Of a DNA stretch of 64,000 nt, positions 47,650 to 61,750 are shown piece by piece. The DNA is taken from positions 1-64,000 of the forward strand of contig MNCI01002686.1 of assembly GCA_015680685.1 (NCBI GenBank), written 5' to 3'. How positions within the stretch are numbered: position 1 is the stretch's first letter; every line of letters starts with the position of its first letter. The DNA comes from Gnetum montanum. Lineage: Eukaryota; Plantae; Gnetophyta. The notes beneath the pieces were generated by a model. It did no database searches. It saw only the letters and a program-made list of their open reading frames with translations, and was not told where the DNA came from. Position numbers and translations under genes: made by a program.

Positions 47650-50515
47650 TTTGTCATTCTTCTAGTAAAGTTCTTGTAGTTTTCTTCCATAAGACTTAGA
47701 AAGATTTCCCTCTAAGTGCCTATAGCATGGATTGAATTAATTATATGAAATTTTATTTGACTGTAAGATGTACTTGCTTACTTTTGCATGACAGAAATAA
47801 AATCAAGATTTCTTCTTTCCATTGCAACACTTGGATTAGAATTTTAGTTTACTTACAAGAATTTTACTTTACATGCACTTTACTTTTCTATACTAAAGAA
47901 TTTAATATTTTATTCTACAGTAATGTGAGTATGACCACTTCGAACATAATACACTACCACTTGGTAATCCTAGTAGTTAATACTTGGTATGCCCAATACG
48001 AAATCTTTAGCAACCCTGTAGCATTTATATAAGTTTAGGATGTAGATGAAAAATGGGAATCAATACTTTACATTTAGGATAGTTTAGCTTATCTTTAGTT
48101 CCATTAATTATTTAAAGTTAGTTTTCTAATTACTTCATCTCTTAATAATTTCAAAGATAAAAAGTTATCAAATTTAAAAAAAATAAATATTTCACATCTC
48201 AATCACACTTAGCCATATAGATGAAGTTAATACAAGTGGTGATTAGAAAGATAACAACTAGTAACCTCATGTTTGACTATCTATGATAAAAGCCACTTAG
48301 GTAGAAGAGTCCATAGAATTCAACTGGATTGCATAGACATGCTTGTAATTTGTATGGTTGGATGTAGGAACTACTCACTACTCATCATTGGCACCATTGC
48401 TGGGAACACCTTTTAGGTATGTGCACTAAGTGTCTTAGATAGTTAAATAATACAAAGGTTAGTGTAAGAATATAATGCATTATCCTTAGAAAAATAATAA
48501 TATTTTATTCAAGGAACACTACATAAAGAATAAACTGAAAATATCTTCTTCTTTCATGGTTGGTTCTTCATCTATTAATGATCTTAACAAATAATATGAC
48601 AGGACCAGAAAATTGTTGATGAGATAGCTCAATAACTAAAAGTTTTCTATGTTCATATAGATTTGTATTATCTAGATTTCAGTTTCATCCTTTACTAAGA
48701 TTAGAAACTATGCTAGAATAACTTGGAGAACATTGTTATGTTGCCACCTAATTGTGCTATTCCCTCACTATTCATGACATAAATAATGAAGCTAGGGCTT
48801 GAACTAGTAGCCTTAGAATACCAAGTGACAAAATATTTCTCTAGAAAATATAAATCAATAGAAGTCCAACTAAGAAAAGAAAAACTCATGGAAGTCTTTC
48901 ATGAAGCCTCCAAGGATAAGAAGGTCTTAATCACATTGACCTCATAGTCAAAGAAGAAGAACACCAAACTTCTATCAAGGTAGTCTCAGCAGCAAGGTCC
49001 TTCTCCCTTTGGTGAGGATGATACAACTCATCAATGGTTATGTTCAATCTTGGCATGCAACCAAGGTAAGGGAAGAACTAGTTCAATAACTAGGGGATCC
49101 TCAAGGCCAAGGTTTCCAAGACATCTATCAATCAAATAACCAAGGGACCAAAGAAGGAGAGTAAGCTAACATAACTCTCCTACTTCTCCATCCTCCTCAT
49201 CGTCAAACTTTGATAAGAAAGAATGTGACCAAGATCAAAGAAGAAATGATGGAGATCAAGGTGGAGATGATAGGATATCCCATCATATAAATGGAAGAAG
49301 AAAACATATATAATAATGAGAAAAGAAAGAACATCATTAGGAGAGGTAGCATAGCAGGCCACATCATATGAGACATGACCATGATATGAGCCAACATGAA
49401 TATAATGACTATGATGAACCACTACTTGCTATCAAAAGTATGATAAACATCTTAGAGGTAGTTCATATTTTTACTAGACATAAAATGGACAACCATATCA
49501 AACTGCTTGATATAAATAACATTCCTATATTTGAGGGAGGTTACAATACTAATATGTAATATCACTTGCAAGCCTTCTATGATGCATGTGCCTTTAAAAA
49601 CATTGAGAATGACTAGTAGAAGCTCACACTATTCCCTAGGACACTCATTAGAGAAGCTAAAATTTGGTAATGGTATTTGGAACTAGAATCTATCCATAGA
49701 TGGAGAACAATGTTGGAGTTCTTCAATGAAAAATATCAAAAATATTTTAGGATGTATAACTTGAGAAAATAGATTCAAGGTTGGAAACAAGACAATTATG
49801 AATCCCTTAATGTAGCCTTGTGAAGGTACTATTATTTGTTACATTGATGCTCAAGCCATGGTTTCTCTTAAAGAAAGTAGCTTTGCCATATGATAAATGG
49901 ACTTAGGAATAAAACTAGAGATACTTTTGGGGTTTATCCCTAAGGAAGATTGTAAAAAATGAAAGTCCATAAGATACAAAGGCTTATTGATTAAGTGACA
50001 AAAGAAGAAGGGGAGTTGAAAAATAGAGAAAGTGTAGATTGTTATAATAAAGATACCTACATTTGCAAAAGAGAGGTATGTCTCTACAATCTTAAAGAGG
50101 AAGTACCACTAGAGGAGGTTGTACAAAGAAAAAATTTACTGATTCAAAAATTTTTCATAGAGATATTAGCTAAGGTGGATAAAATGTTGGATTCCTTAGA
50201 TGAAAATTTCTAAATTACTCTTAAAATCATGGAGGAGAAAAAAAAGCATGAAAATAAGAACAAAGATAGAAGAAAGAGAAGGATGTAGCAAAGTACTACC
50301 ATCAATAGAAAGGTAAGGTTGCTGTAGCTGATGATATTATAGATTATGATATAGAATATGAATAACATTTGCCAATGTGAATATCCTAAGGGATATTGCT
50401 CAATGTAATGATGGAAAAAATAAATGCTAGAAAACTGAGAAAATCCATGTGAATAGTTTTAACCTCACAATCCATAGGCCTCACAAAGGATCTTGGACAC
50501 CTTAGGCAGTTTGGT
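47650..50515 (+). mobile_element. Athila-like fragment: 5'-truncated LTR (to 48387), PBS, decayed gag
   Basis: ...CTCATCA followed by TGGCACCATTGCTGGGA (48389-48405); gag DINNIPIFEGGYN (ORF 49368..49559) and EEGELKNRES (ORF 49995..50213). Confidence 0.82.
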
Positions 50516-53500
50516 TGATCACTTAAGCACTTAAAAGGTCTATTACAGTGCATAATAAATTGAAATAAATAAAAGTGTATGAAATGAAAATATAGCATTG
50601 GATCAAGGATAAAGAGAGATGTATGAAATATGCAAAAAAGATAGCCAAAACAATCGCAAAACTTTGTTTTAAATCCTACAAAATATTATAAACAAATAGA
50701 TTCAAAGAATATAGATGAGAAGGCTTTAAAAGATCAATAATACAAAAATGGCATTGAAATCTAATGCAGGAAGCAAGGTGTATTCTACACAAGTCTTTTG
50801 ATTGATCTGCACTATAATAAATGTTGTTGCAAGTCTTTTCTTCTTTTAGTGATCTATGCTAAAAAGGCTACAAAAGGCTGTGGAATCTGCACTAATTTCT
50901 CTATTATTTGCTAAAACTATATCTCTCTTTTTGCGAGAAATTATCTTCTCTGTGTCAAAATGATTTGCCAAAAAAGTCTTGAAAATGATGTAGAATTTAG
51001 TATAAATAAGCCTTCAATTTATTAGTCTAGTGTCAGTTACATTTCCATACACTTTTTGGAGCATTACATGATGTTTTTTTTGGTCATTTATATGGACAAA
51101 AAGTGTAGTGTATGGGTCACCAAAATTTTTTAACTTTTATTTCATGTTTTGGTAGTGTATTTGGACTATTTTCATGGCATAGACTATAGCATGTAAGCCA
51201 CAAACATTTATGACATTTTGTGCTAAATTTGGTAGCATTTTTAACATTTTGGTCTAAATATGCTAGCATCAATGAAATTCATAGTGTGTGGGTTATAAAT
51301 TTCATTTTACATATTAAAAATTATCCAAGAATTTATCAAAATAAGACCACAGGGCAAGATCTTTGATGGGAAAATAAGGTAATTATTTTTTCTCTTAATT
51401 TCCTATTAAATTACAATGCAAATTTTGGCTACCAAACTTTTCATTTACCACATGAATTTTCTTGAGGTGTTTCATTGGCTCCTCTTTGTTGATGTTTTGA
51501 GGATTGATCCAAGAGACATTAATAAAGAATGTGAAAAACTGTAGTAGATTCATCACCAATGCTCCCTCTCTAAACTTGATTTCTTAGTTATTGAATCATG
51601 CCAGGAATGCTCATTATGGTGAAATAAGATTGCAATGGGAGGAGAAAAAGTTGGGATGAGATGATGGCTACACTGGTTGTTAGAGAATGATTACATGGAC
51701 TAACAAAGAATTCCCCATGGGTTAACATCATGGTTATGGCATAGTGGTAACATATTTGATAACTAAGGATGTCCTTAGGCTTCATGCTTGGACTGATGGT
51801 CACTTGATGATGTTTAGAGTAACCAACACTTTGTCATAGGATTTGTTTTTGGCCACTTGGCTGTCTCCTTTTTGTTCTAGAGTCATTTGTTTCACCTTAG
51901 GGTACATTGGCCTCTTGGCTATCTTGGCAATTTTCTTTCCCATTTTTTTGTAGGGATGAAACCTTCATTGGGCTTTAATGCCAAGGCCTAATTTTGTTTC
52001 ATTTTCTCACTGAATGAAATGTGTTACATTTAGTGAACTTGATGATTAAGCATGTCAAGAATGTTACATGGCCATGGTGTATGATTGTTGAACATTGGTT
52101 TTCATTATTAACAAGGTAAGGAAGGCTGAAGTTTGACTATGGGGTTATGGCTCAAAAGGGATAATGGAGATAATATAGGGTAAGCATTGGTAACAAGGTC
52201 AAATAAGCTAGTCGAATCTCATCTATTAAGATCACTTAGTGAATCACTTTTTTGATGAATTAGACCTTTGCGATGAATTTAACTACATCCTAAAAGCACA
52301 ACTCTAAGAGTACAATAAAATAAGTCAAAAAATACTTGCTATTATAGAAGGTTACATGAAGCAACAAGCCATCATAGGCTACAACTAGCAAAATATGAGA
52401 GCTTTGTTTTCTTGATTTGTAGATTTATACAAAGTTTGTAGCATCTTGAGATGCCAAAAAGATATAAGGTCATGCAAAATTGCTTATTATAGGCCATTAG
52501 AGTTGTCAATGTCACTCATTTGTCCAAACCTTTGAACAAATGCAAAGAAAAGCTAAGAGCAAACAAGTTAATGTTAGATATAACATGGTTTGGGGTGGAA
52601 ATTGTTGAACTCAATGTGGATTAAGTATAGTCATATCCTGGTAAGATCATGTAAAGGTTTTAATGTCAACTTGGAGGGCTTTAGTGATGTTTTAATCAAT
52701 TAGAGATTTTAGCGAGGCACTTAATTTTAGGGTTTTTTCCTCACCATTATGGATTGAAATGGGGATTTTAACCAAGGAATCATTTGTGATGCTTCCAACT
52801 TCAAGGTCAAGAGTAGTCAGACCACTTCAAGGTATTAAGGCTATATGGTCAAAAGGTTTCCAAGCTTAAGGTTTTAAGTGTTCAAGTCATTTAAATGATT
52901 GACATCATCAGAAGGGTCTACTTTGACTTAAAGGCTAGTCAAATTGCTTCCTCGTCTTCCTAGATCAATCTTGCATGTCAACATAAGCACATCAAGTGGT
53001 ATCTGCATGATATAATTATTAAAAGATGTTAAAATAATGCAAAATAATGTAATAATAAGGCATGATAAAACAAAATAAATTTAAAAAGGTAAATAAGGAA
53101 AAATAGGGCAACACAAATTTAAATGAGGTAGAAATAAAGTAAAATAAGGTAAAAACAAAGTGAAATAAGGTAAAATCAAAGTAAAGTGAGGTTAAAACAA
53201 AGTAGAATTTGGTGAACAAGGTTAAAACAAGGCCAAATAAGGCCAAAAATGTCATATAGTATTAATTAAATTTTTTTTTATCATCACCTAACAAGCTAAG
53301 CTTTTTACTGGAATGGAAAAAACTAATATTGTAGTCTAAATATCATCCACACAAAAGAAAAACTTCTCCTAGGTGAAGAATGTTAATCTTAACAATAAGA
53401 CTCGAATTTTTAGAGATGAGAGCTTGGAAAAAATAGTATGAATCTAATACTATAATCTTTGAATAAAAATTACAAATTTTTAATTTTCCAAAAAAATGCT

Positions 53501-54577
53501 TAAGGAGAAGATCATATTCAAAATGATGCTCTTAATCTCACCAATTTGTACATGAGCATGAAGAAGGAAATAACATGTACTTAAAAGCTATGTGAATGGA
53601 CAAACATCATGAAATCTATCCTCACAAGATGAAAGCTGATCAAAAGATGTTACATTGGATTTATGGTTCATAGTGCACCCTTGTAATTTTGGTTTGATTT
53701 TGGTAGCTTTAAGTGAGGATAGGTCATTAAAAAATATGCTCCATTAGTAATTTTGGTTTGATTTTGGAAGCTTTGGTTTGGTTTCAAAATATGCTCCATT
53801 AGTATTGCCTTGGTAGTTGGATCTTGGATAATAGACATCTTTACACGTTGGGTAGAAAATATTCACTATGCTTGTTTGAGGAATATCAGATTGCCCAATA
53901 GGAAGATATAGCTAGCCTATGTAGTAGGCTTTTGAGTATTGACCAAAATCTGTGCTTTGATATTTCTCAAGCATGGAATTCATCCCTTTGCTTGGTAATA
54001 TATATTGAACATGGATCAAGGCATACAACATTCTACAGTTGACTCCACTAACTCATTTTGTTTCTTAATTAAGATATCATCATTAGAGAAATTCACATCT
54101 AATTTTAAATTAAGGGCATAGTCATAATATGAGACTTGACTGCTCTATCCATAAAGGTTGAAATCATGCTAAATATATTCATCATCAACCTTGCAAAAAA
54201 AAAAAAAAAAAACTTATTGCCTTTCAAATTGCAAAACCAAGATAATCCAAGATGTGTCATCTACACCAGAACTACTTACATTTGACTCCTCGCTATTAGA
54301 TTCTAAGTCTTCATCCTCATTGTACCTACACCTATGCCTATGTCGCTATGTTTCTTATGACTCTCGTGATTTCTGTGTGTTTGTTTATTCATTCCAACAC
54401 TCTTTTTTTCTGTGGTTTGTGTCATGCCTATGCCATGAATCTTGATTGTTTGTTGGCCACTTACAATGAAATGAAGTTTCTGTACGATTCAGAGCAAGTG
54501 AAGATAGGTAAGATTTTAATGCATAATGCAGACATTGAGAATAAGGCAAGAATAATACGAGGCAAGGCAAGGGGACC
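50516..54577 (-). mobile_element. Probable old LTR-retrotransposon fragment (long LTR-like 50516-53286 plus adjacent internal sequence)
   Basis: TGATGA...TGATCA termini on the minus strand and ~20-bp AAATAAGG tandem repeats (53040-53250). No TSD and no protein domain recognised. Confidence 0.35.
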
Positions 54578-55417
54578 ATTTGAATCATGTTTTCCATAAG
54601 CTTTGATATCAAAGCAACCATGATATCAAGTATGCGATATCGCAGCCCAAGATGCGATATCATGAACTACTCCTAGGCTTATAAATACAGCCTTAGGATC
54701 ATGATTCAGGAGTATTTTTTAGAGCCAAGTATTGAAATTCTTGTAGTTTGTTCATTTGAGAGTTAGAATATTTTCCAAGTGCCCATAGTAGAAGGTCTAA
54801 GTGTAACAAGATCTTTATTCAAACATTGATGTACCTGAACATATCACTGTGTTTGCAATAAAGATAAGCTCTTGGATTCATCCTTGTAGCACTTAAGACT
54901 TTCTTTCTTATGCATTTATATATTGTGATTTCATGCAATTTGTGTTTAATGTTATTCATTTAGAAATTAATTTTGATTAATTAAGAAACTAATTAAAATA
55001 CACGAGCATGACCCCTTCGAACATACATATGACACTTGGTAGCTTAGAAATGATTAGCATTTGACAACTCAGTAGTGTTTACACAAAGTTTAGGATGTGT
55101 CTGGGAAGTGGGGATAGTTACTTGTGTTAGGCTAGATTAGACAATAGTTTACTTAGTAGTTAATTACTCTCACTTTTTTTCTTGTTTTAGGTGATCAAAT
55201 TGATAAAACACAAAATAATAAAAATCTTATGCCTCAATCACACTTAACCATACCCTTGCATTTCACAAGTAAGACTGGGAAGACAACGAACAGATAACAT
55301 GAACTCATTATTTAGCTCTAGTGTACTTGGTAATTAAAGTCTATGAAATTCAAGTGGATCGCATGTGAACACTTATGATTCGTATGGTTGGGTGTAGGGA
55401 TACCTTGTTGCTCATCA
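54578..55417 (+). repeat. 5' LTR
   Basis: Matches 63819-64000 and the reverse complement of 1230-2120; ends CATCA. Confidence 0.88.
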
Positions 55418-55583
55418 TTGGTGCTATTGCTAAGGACTTTAGTTCTATGTGCACTATCTAAACTTAGTGAAACTTAGTAACCTCATTGTTCAAATCTTAA
55501 GAGTCAAATCTTACAAAAAAAAATTATTATTACAACTAAATTAAATCTTAACTGCACACTGCATATAGATTCATTAATATAAA

Positions 55584-58500
55584 ATGTCTTCTTCTCACAA
55601 GAGCCTATCGCCACCCAAGGCAGACTAGGTGCCTTAACAATACTATGTGGTATATGCTCATCTAGATGACTATATACTAGACTTCACCTTCATCTTACAT
55701 CAAGCTGAAATGTTGCGGTGGTGCGATATGGAAGACAACATTGTGTTGCCACCAGATTGATCTATTCCAGCTATGCTTCAACTAATGCTTGCATGACATG
55801 GAATTCAACATCTTCACAGGGAGTATGAGATGTGGGATCCCAATTCAAGGGATTATCATCCCACTAAAGTACAAAGATTAAGGGATTATTAGCTAGAGCA
55901 CTAACATGAGCTTGTGAAGGGCAAAGGATTAAACACTTTTCCACCTCCGCTTGGCCCATTGGATGGAGGTGAACACTTCTTTGGGGGCTTTTCTTTTGGT
56001 GATACTCCTCTCTTTAACTTTGGTCAAGGGAACCTCAACTAGAATGTGCAATCCACAATTCATAATTTAGGTTTTGGTCAGAATGGATCCAATGAAAGAA
56101 ATGGATCTAGAGAAGCAAGTCATGATAAGGGGGCATATGAAGACCACGATCATGATTATGGTCACAATCATCGAAGAAAGGGTGATAGGCATCAACACAA
56201 TGCAAGTTCTTATTCCTCTTCCCCTTCATCATCATCTTCTTTTTCATCTAGATTAAATCATGGTTGTAGAGGGCATGACCATGATGGATGTGACTGACAG
56301 GACCAAAACAACAAAAGGGCCTATTGGAACAACCACGATCGAAGGCATTGGCAATCTAGGGAGACCCACTACCATGAAAGAAGGGTTAGTAGAGAACATC
56401 ATAGGCACCATCACCATGGCCTTGATGAACCTCTAGTTGCATCTTAAAGCATGTTAAACATTGTAGAGGCCATGAGGATTCCAACAAGGCACATAAAGGA
56501 TAGCAGAATAAAGAGGCTGGACATGAATAACATCCCTCAATTTGAGGGAGGCTACAATGCTAATATGCAAAATCATCTCCAAGCCTTCTAGGATGCATGT
56601 GCATTATAGAATATTGAGAATGACTAGCAAAATTTGAAATTATTTTCAAGGATACTCATTAAGGAAGCAGAAAATTAGTACTGGTACTTAGAGCTAGAAT
56701 CAATCTAATGGTGAAGTATGATGTTAGAATTGTTCAATGACAAATATAAAACATACTACTGAGTATCCAATCTAAGGAAGTAGATCCAAGGGTGGAAACA
56801 AGAAAACCATGAGCCCTTAGATGCCACTATCAGCCCATACTACTCTCTATTGCATAAGTGTCTCAGCCATGGATACTCTTAGCTTGATCAACTCTGCCAT
56901 ATCATAGATGGATTACAGTCTGAAATAAGGAAAATTCTTGGAATCTATGCCCAAGGGAGATTGACAGAGTTAAGCACTCATTGGATCCAAAAGTTAATTG
57001 AGTAGGTAGTTAGGGAGGAGGGAGAATTGAGAAAGTGAGAAAGTGTAAAGGAATACAACAGGGATCCTTCTATCTGCAAAAGGAGGATTTGATTTTGTGA
57101 TAGTGAGGATGAGTTAACCAGAGNTGAGGATTTGATTTTGTGATAGTGAGGATGAGTTAACCAGAGATGAGGTGGCTAATTAGAAAACCTTGCCACTCTA
57201 GAAATTGCAATCCAAAATCATAGTTAAGGTTGATCAATTATGGAACTCCATGGATAATAAGTTTCAAGTTTTCTTAAAAATTGTTGAAGAGTCCAAGGAG
57301 CAAAGTGGTGAGTGTGAGCACTGGAGATGTAAGGAAGTTGAATGTGCCATATTTAAGGGTAAGGGTAAGATGGCTGTGATAGAGATGGTTGTGGATAGAA
57401 TCAGATGATGATGGTGGGTGTGACGTCTACCAATATGAACATCTGAATGGATGTTATCCAATTATATCACACTTGCAAGAATCTGGAGTGTATGCCTTAC
57501 ACCCATAACTGGCACAAAGGCAAACACCCAAAATATTGCCTTATCCACAAGGCAACTCTTAATAGTTCCACCAACCATAGTTTTACTATCCAAGTGAAAC
57601 TCCACCACAACCCTATGAATTATACTAGCAGTGGTAGCAACCACAATCATGGGTGTTAACATCTCCAAGATAATAGTACCCCTACTAGCAACTAGATACC
57701 TATGGTTATTATGTTCAGCAACATTTATCTCCATGTGACTCCTCTGGTCATGTTTCCACTTACCAACCTCACCACTATCCTCCTGAAGTGTACCAATTGC
57801 CCTATCCAAGGAGGGATGCCACCTGCTATTGTCATGCTCCTCCTATTCTTGCACCTACTCCTCCACCTCCTGCATAGCTACCACCTGCTCCATCCATGCA
57901 AGGTGAATTTCCTACCCAACCACAACAAAGAAATGCTACAAGGGTGGTTAATCTACAATAGGTTAACCAACCAAGAGGGTCGGAACTGTGATAAAAGAAA
58001 AGACCCTTCTTCCAACCTCGCATTCCACCGAAGCCCTCAAACACATCAGTGGTTGGTAGCCCTGCTCCTCCACCTTCCTCTACCTCACTTTTATCCAAGT
58101 CCCCTTCAAACCAAAATTCTTCTTGAATCCATACTATAATGTTGACCCATGCTGTATCTGATTGGATTCAAGCCAGTAACCTACCCAAGAAGTTAGCTAA
58201 TCCTGAAAGTCCTTTAGTATATTTGCAAATTGTTGGGAATGAGCTTGTAAAGCTCTTGTTGACTCTAGTTCTAGTGTTAATCCAATCTTGCATGAGATGT
58301 ACACTATGTGGAGCCTTCCTCCCTTGAAGAAGAGCAACATTAGGTTAGAGCTAGTAGACCAATCCATCACTATTCCATTAGGACTAGTAGAAGACATCGT
58401 GACCACCATTTGTGGGTGGTCATATCCTATAAACTTCCTAGTAATCAAGGTGCAAAACTGTAAGGGGGACTTCCCAATTATTATGGGAAGGGTGTGGTTA

Positions 58501-61500
58501 TGGACATTAGAGATCTTTCCTTAGAGATATCTAAAGCAAATGGATTTACAAAGATCGAGAAGAAGAGGGTTCCATGTATTGCATACAATTATTCAAAGTG
58601 TTATTGTTTGTAGAAGCTATGGTCAGTAAAGTGAACATCTATCTTTGCATGCAAGCAGTGTGCACCAAAAGCTAAAATCCAAAGATGTTTGTACATGGCA
58701 ACCACAAAACAAGAAGGCACCCAATGGCTGATAACTGATTCTAGCAGTAGTACATTGTGCATGAAACCTACTAAGGGCCTCATGTGTGAATATGTTGCAA
58801 GTATGGATGAACACAAGCAAGTTCATCACTAGCTCTCTAAGGGAGTAAATGATGATATTAATTGGGGAGAGTTGGAGATTCCTAACAATTTCAAATAAGA
58901 ACCCCTTGAATTAAAGACATTATCGATTGAAATGAAGTAAGTGTTCTTGAAAAATGGAAGGTTAGTTATTATTAATGCCAAGCTTACTGTAGGACAAAAG
59001 AAGATGTTGATGAAGGTTATGAAAAAATGATCAGCAACCTTTGCCTAGTCATGTTCTGAGCCCATTGAAATAGATCCAAGAATATGCCAGGACTAGATAT
59101 ACACTGACCCCATCATTAAGTCAAAACAACAACCATAGTGGTGTTTGAATCCCAAATTAAAGTAGATTATAAAAGAGGAGATTGAGCAACTCCTAAAGAT
59201 GGGATTCATCTACCTTGTTGCAAATAGTGAGTGGGTTAGTCCACTTGTGATCATGCCCAAGAAAGGAGGTAAATGGTGGGTGTGCATCAACTTCTGGCTA
59301 CTCAATATGGAAACTTTCAACAATCATTTTTCATTACCTTTTGTTCACCAAGTGCTAGACACCATCTTTGGGCATAGCTATTATAGCTTTCTGGATGGTT
59401 ATAGTGGCTATAACCAAATCCGGATTGCACTAGAGGACTAGGCGAAGACAACTTTCACAAGTCCTTGGGGGACTTTTGCTTACCGTCAAATGCCATTCAG
59501 TCTATGTAATGCCCCAACTACATTTCAATGATTAGTCCTTAGCATTTTTCAACAAAAAATCAGTAGTCGGCTAGAAGTGTTCATGGATGACTTTTCTACC
59601 TACAGAGCTATGTTCAAGTAGGTCTTGGACCTTCTTGAGTAGGTGTTGAGGAGATGTGTCAAAAAAAACCTTCAAATCAATTAGAAAAGGAGCCATCTTA
59701 TGGTCTAAGAAGGCACAATCTTGGGGCATCGTATCTCAAAAGAAAGAATCAAGGTGGACCCTGAAAAGATAAGGATCATCCAAGGAATAACCCATCAACC
59801 AGATATAGTTAAAAAAAGTGTGGTCATTCCTTAGTTATATTGGCTACTACTAGCACTTCATCAAGAATTTTTCCAAAATCACCAAGCCGTTGGTTGAATT
59901 AACAAAGAAAGATGCACAATTTGTTTGGACTCTTACATGTGAAACAACATTTCAATAATTGAAGTAGAAGCTTGTTGAAACACCAATTCTACAAGCACTT
60001 GATTGATCGAGGTTGTTTCATGTGATGACTAATGCATCAAATTATGCTTTGGGGGTAGTGCTTACATAACTGGATGATCAAAAATGTTCATATTATATTC
60101 ATTGCACAAGTTGTAGTATCACAAGTGCACAACTAAACTACACCACCACAAAAAAAGAGTTGATGGTGGTGGTGTTTACCTTAGAAAAGATCAAGTACTA
60201 TTTGCTTGGTTATAAAGTGTTCATGCACATAGATCATAGCACCATTTGGTTTTTAATGAATAAACCAACAGTGAGCCCCTATGTCATATGGTGGCTCATG
60301 ATCTTATAAGAGTTCGATCTCACAATGGTAGATCGAAAGGATGTAAAAAATGTGATCACTAATCACTTATCACAGTTAAGATGGGATGACAAGGAGAAAA
60401 AAGCCCATTATTTGATTAATTTCTTAATGACTCTCTCCTTGTAGGGGCTATTGATGCACAAATGCCTAATGAACCAAAATGGTATGACATCATTCTCACT
60501 TATTTGCTCAAGAAAGAACTATTGCAAGGGCTGGAGACCTAAAAGAAACAATAGTTTCTTCATTAGGTTAACCATTTCATGAAATCAAAGGGAATCTTTA
60601 CAAAGTATGTCCCAACAGCCTAGTACACTAGTGTATCCCTGACACAAATCAATTATTCATTCTCCAGGATGCTCATAAAGGCCCTTGTGGGGGCCATTAC
60701 ATTAGGAGACACACGACCATAAAAATCCTTATGGTAGGATATTACTAGCCAATAATCTTTAGGGATGCACAACAATTCATCCATGCTTGTGATCATTGTT
60801 AGAGGGATGGTGGAATGGCAGCTCGAATGGAGGGGTCGCAACAATGGATTCAGCCTCTTGAGCCATTCAATATTTGGAGCATTGACTTTATGGGTCCCAT
60901 CTCACCTCTGTTAAATGGAAAGGCATATATAATAGTCATGGTTAACTATTGCATTAAGTGGGTAGAAGTAGCAACCGTCACCAACTATACATCCAGTATT
61001 GCTACTCAGTTTGTACAACAGAATATCATAAATAGGTTCAATCTACCTCATGTATTAATCTCTAATAATGGAACTCATTTCATAGGTGCCACTTTCCAAA
61101 AACTTATGCAGTGCTTGGGGGTTGAGCACAAACTCACAACACCTTATCACCCTCAAGCCAATGGTCAAGCTGAGGTCACTATTTGAGAGATTACAAAAAT
61201 TCTAATGCATACTATTAGCAAATAATAAAGGGACTAGAGCACCAAATTAAATGATTCCCTTTAGGCCTATCACTCCACATGGAAGCTTGCCATAGGTTAT
61301 TCTTCCTATGAGCTCATGTACGGAAATCTACCAACACTGCCCATCCAATCTGAGCTTCATACACTCTCTACAGCCTATGACCTTAACTTGGATCTAAGTC
61401 TAGCACAAAAAAAAAATGATTAATGAACCTCAACATGCTAGATGAAAATTGATTAATGGCCTTGTCATACAACAAAATGCAGAAGGCATTCAACAATAAA

Positions 61501-61750
61501 CACCATAACCTTAAAATAAGAAAACTCAAGTTTCAACCAGGAGATAGGTTCTCTACTAGAATCCTACACACATATCTCAATGAACTAAATTTCAAACATT
61601 GTGGGAAGGACCTTACATTATTGAAGAGACTTTGCCATCTAGGGCCATGATTATGCATAAACCTAATAGCCTAGACAAGAAGCAATTAGTCAACATCCAA
61701 CAAATGAAACCTTTCCATGAGCCCAAGCCAACCAACTCAACAAACACCTC
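55584..61750 (+). pseudogene. gag-pol pseudogene
   Basis: ATGTCTTCTTCTCAC start; RT WVSPLVIMPKKGG / FLDGYSGYNQI / FMDDF; integrase WSIDFMGP / ISNNGTHF / YHPQANGQAE; many premature stops. Confidence 0.9.

Larger units (their letters stand above)
37400..47650 (+). mobile_element. Decayed L1-clade LINE, split by the gypsy insertion (37400-39354 and 46846-47650)
   Basis: ORF1-like IPCWIELENIPL...VEIDL plus knuckle remnant. Endonuclease SWNVQGL (~38221), GGDFN (~38618), SDHFPI (~38909). DEPCKE|FF reads through once the insertion is removed. RT KLDNAKAYDNIE (~47488). Confidence 0.82.

Noticed and set aside
57083-57166. About 42-bp tandem duplication in gag
   Set aside because: Centred on an N at 57124; likely an assembly artefact.
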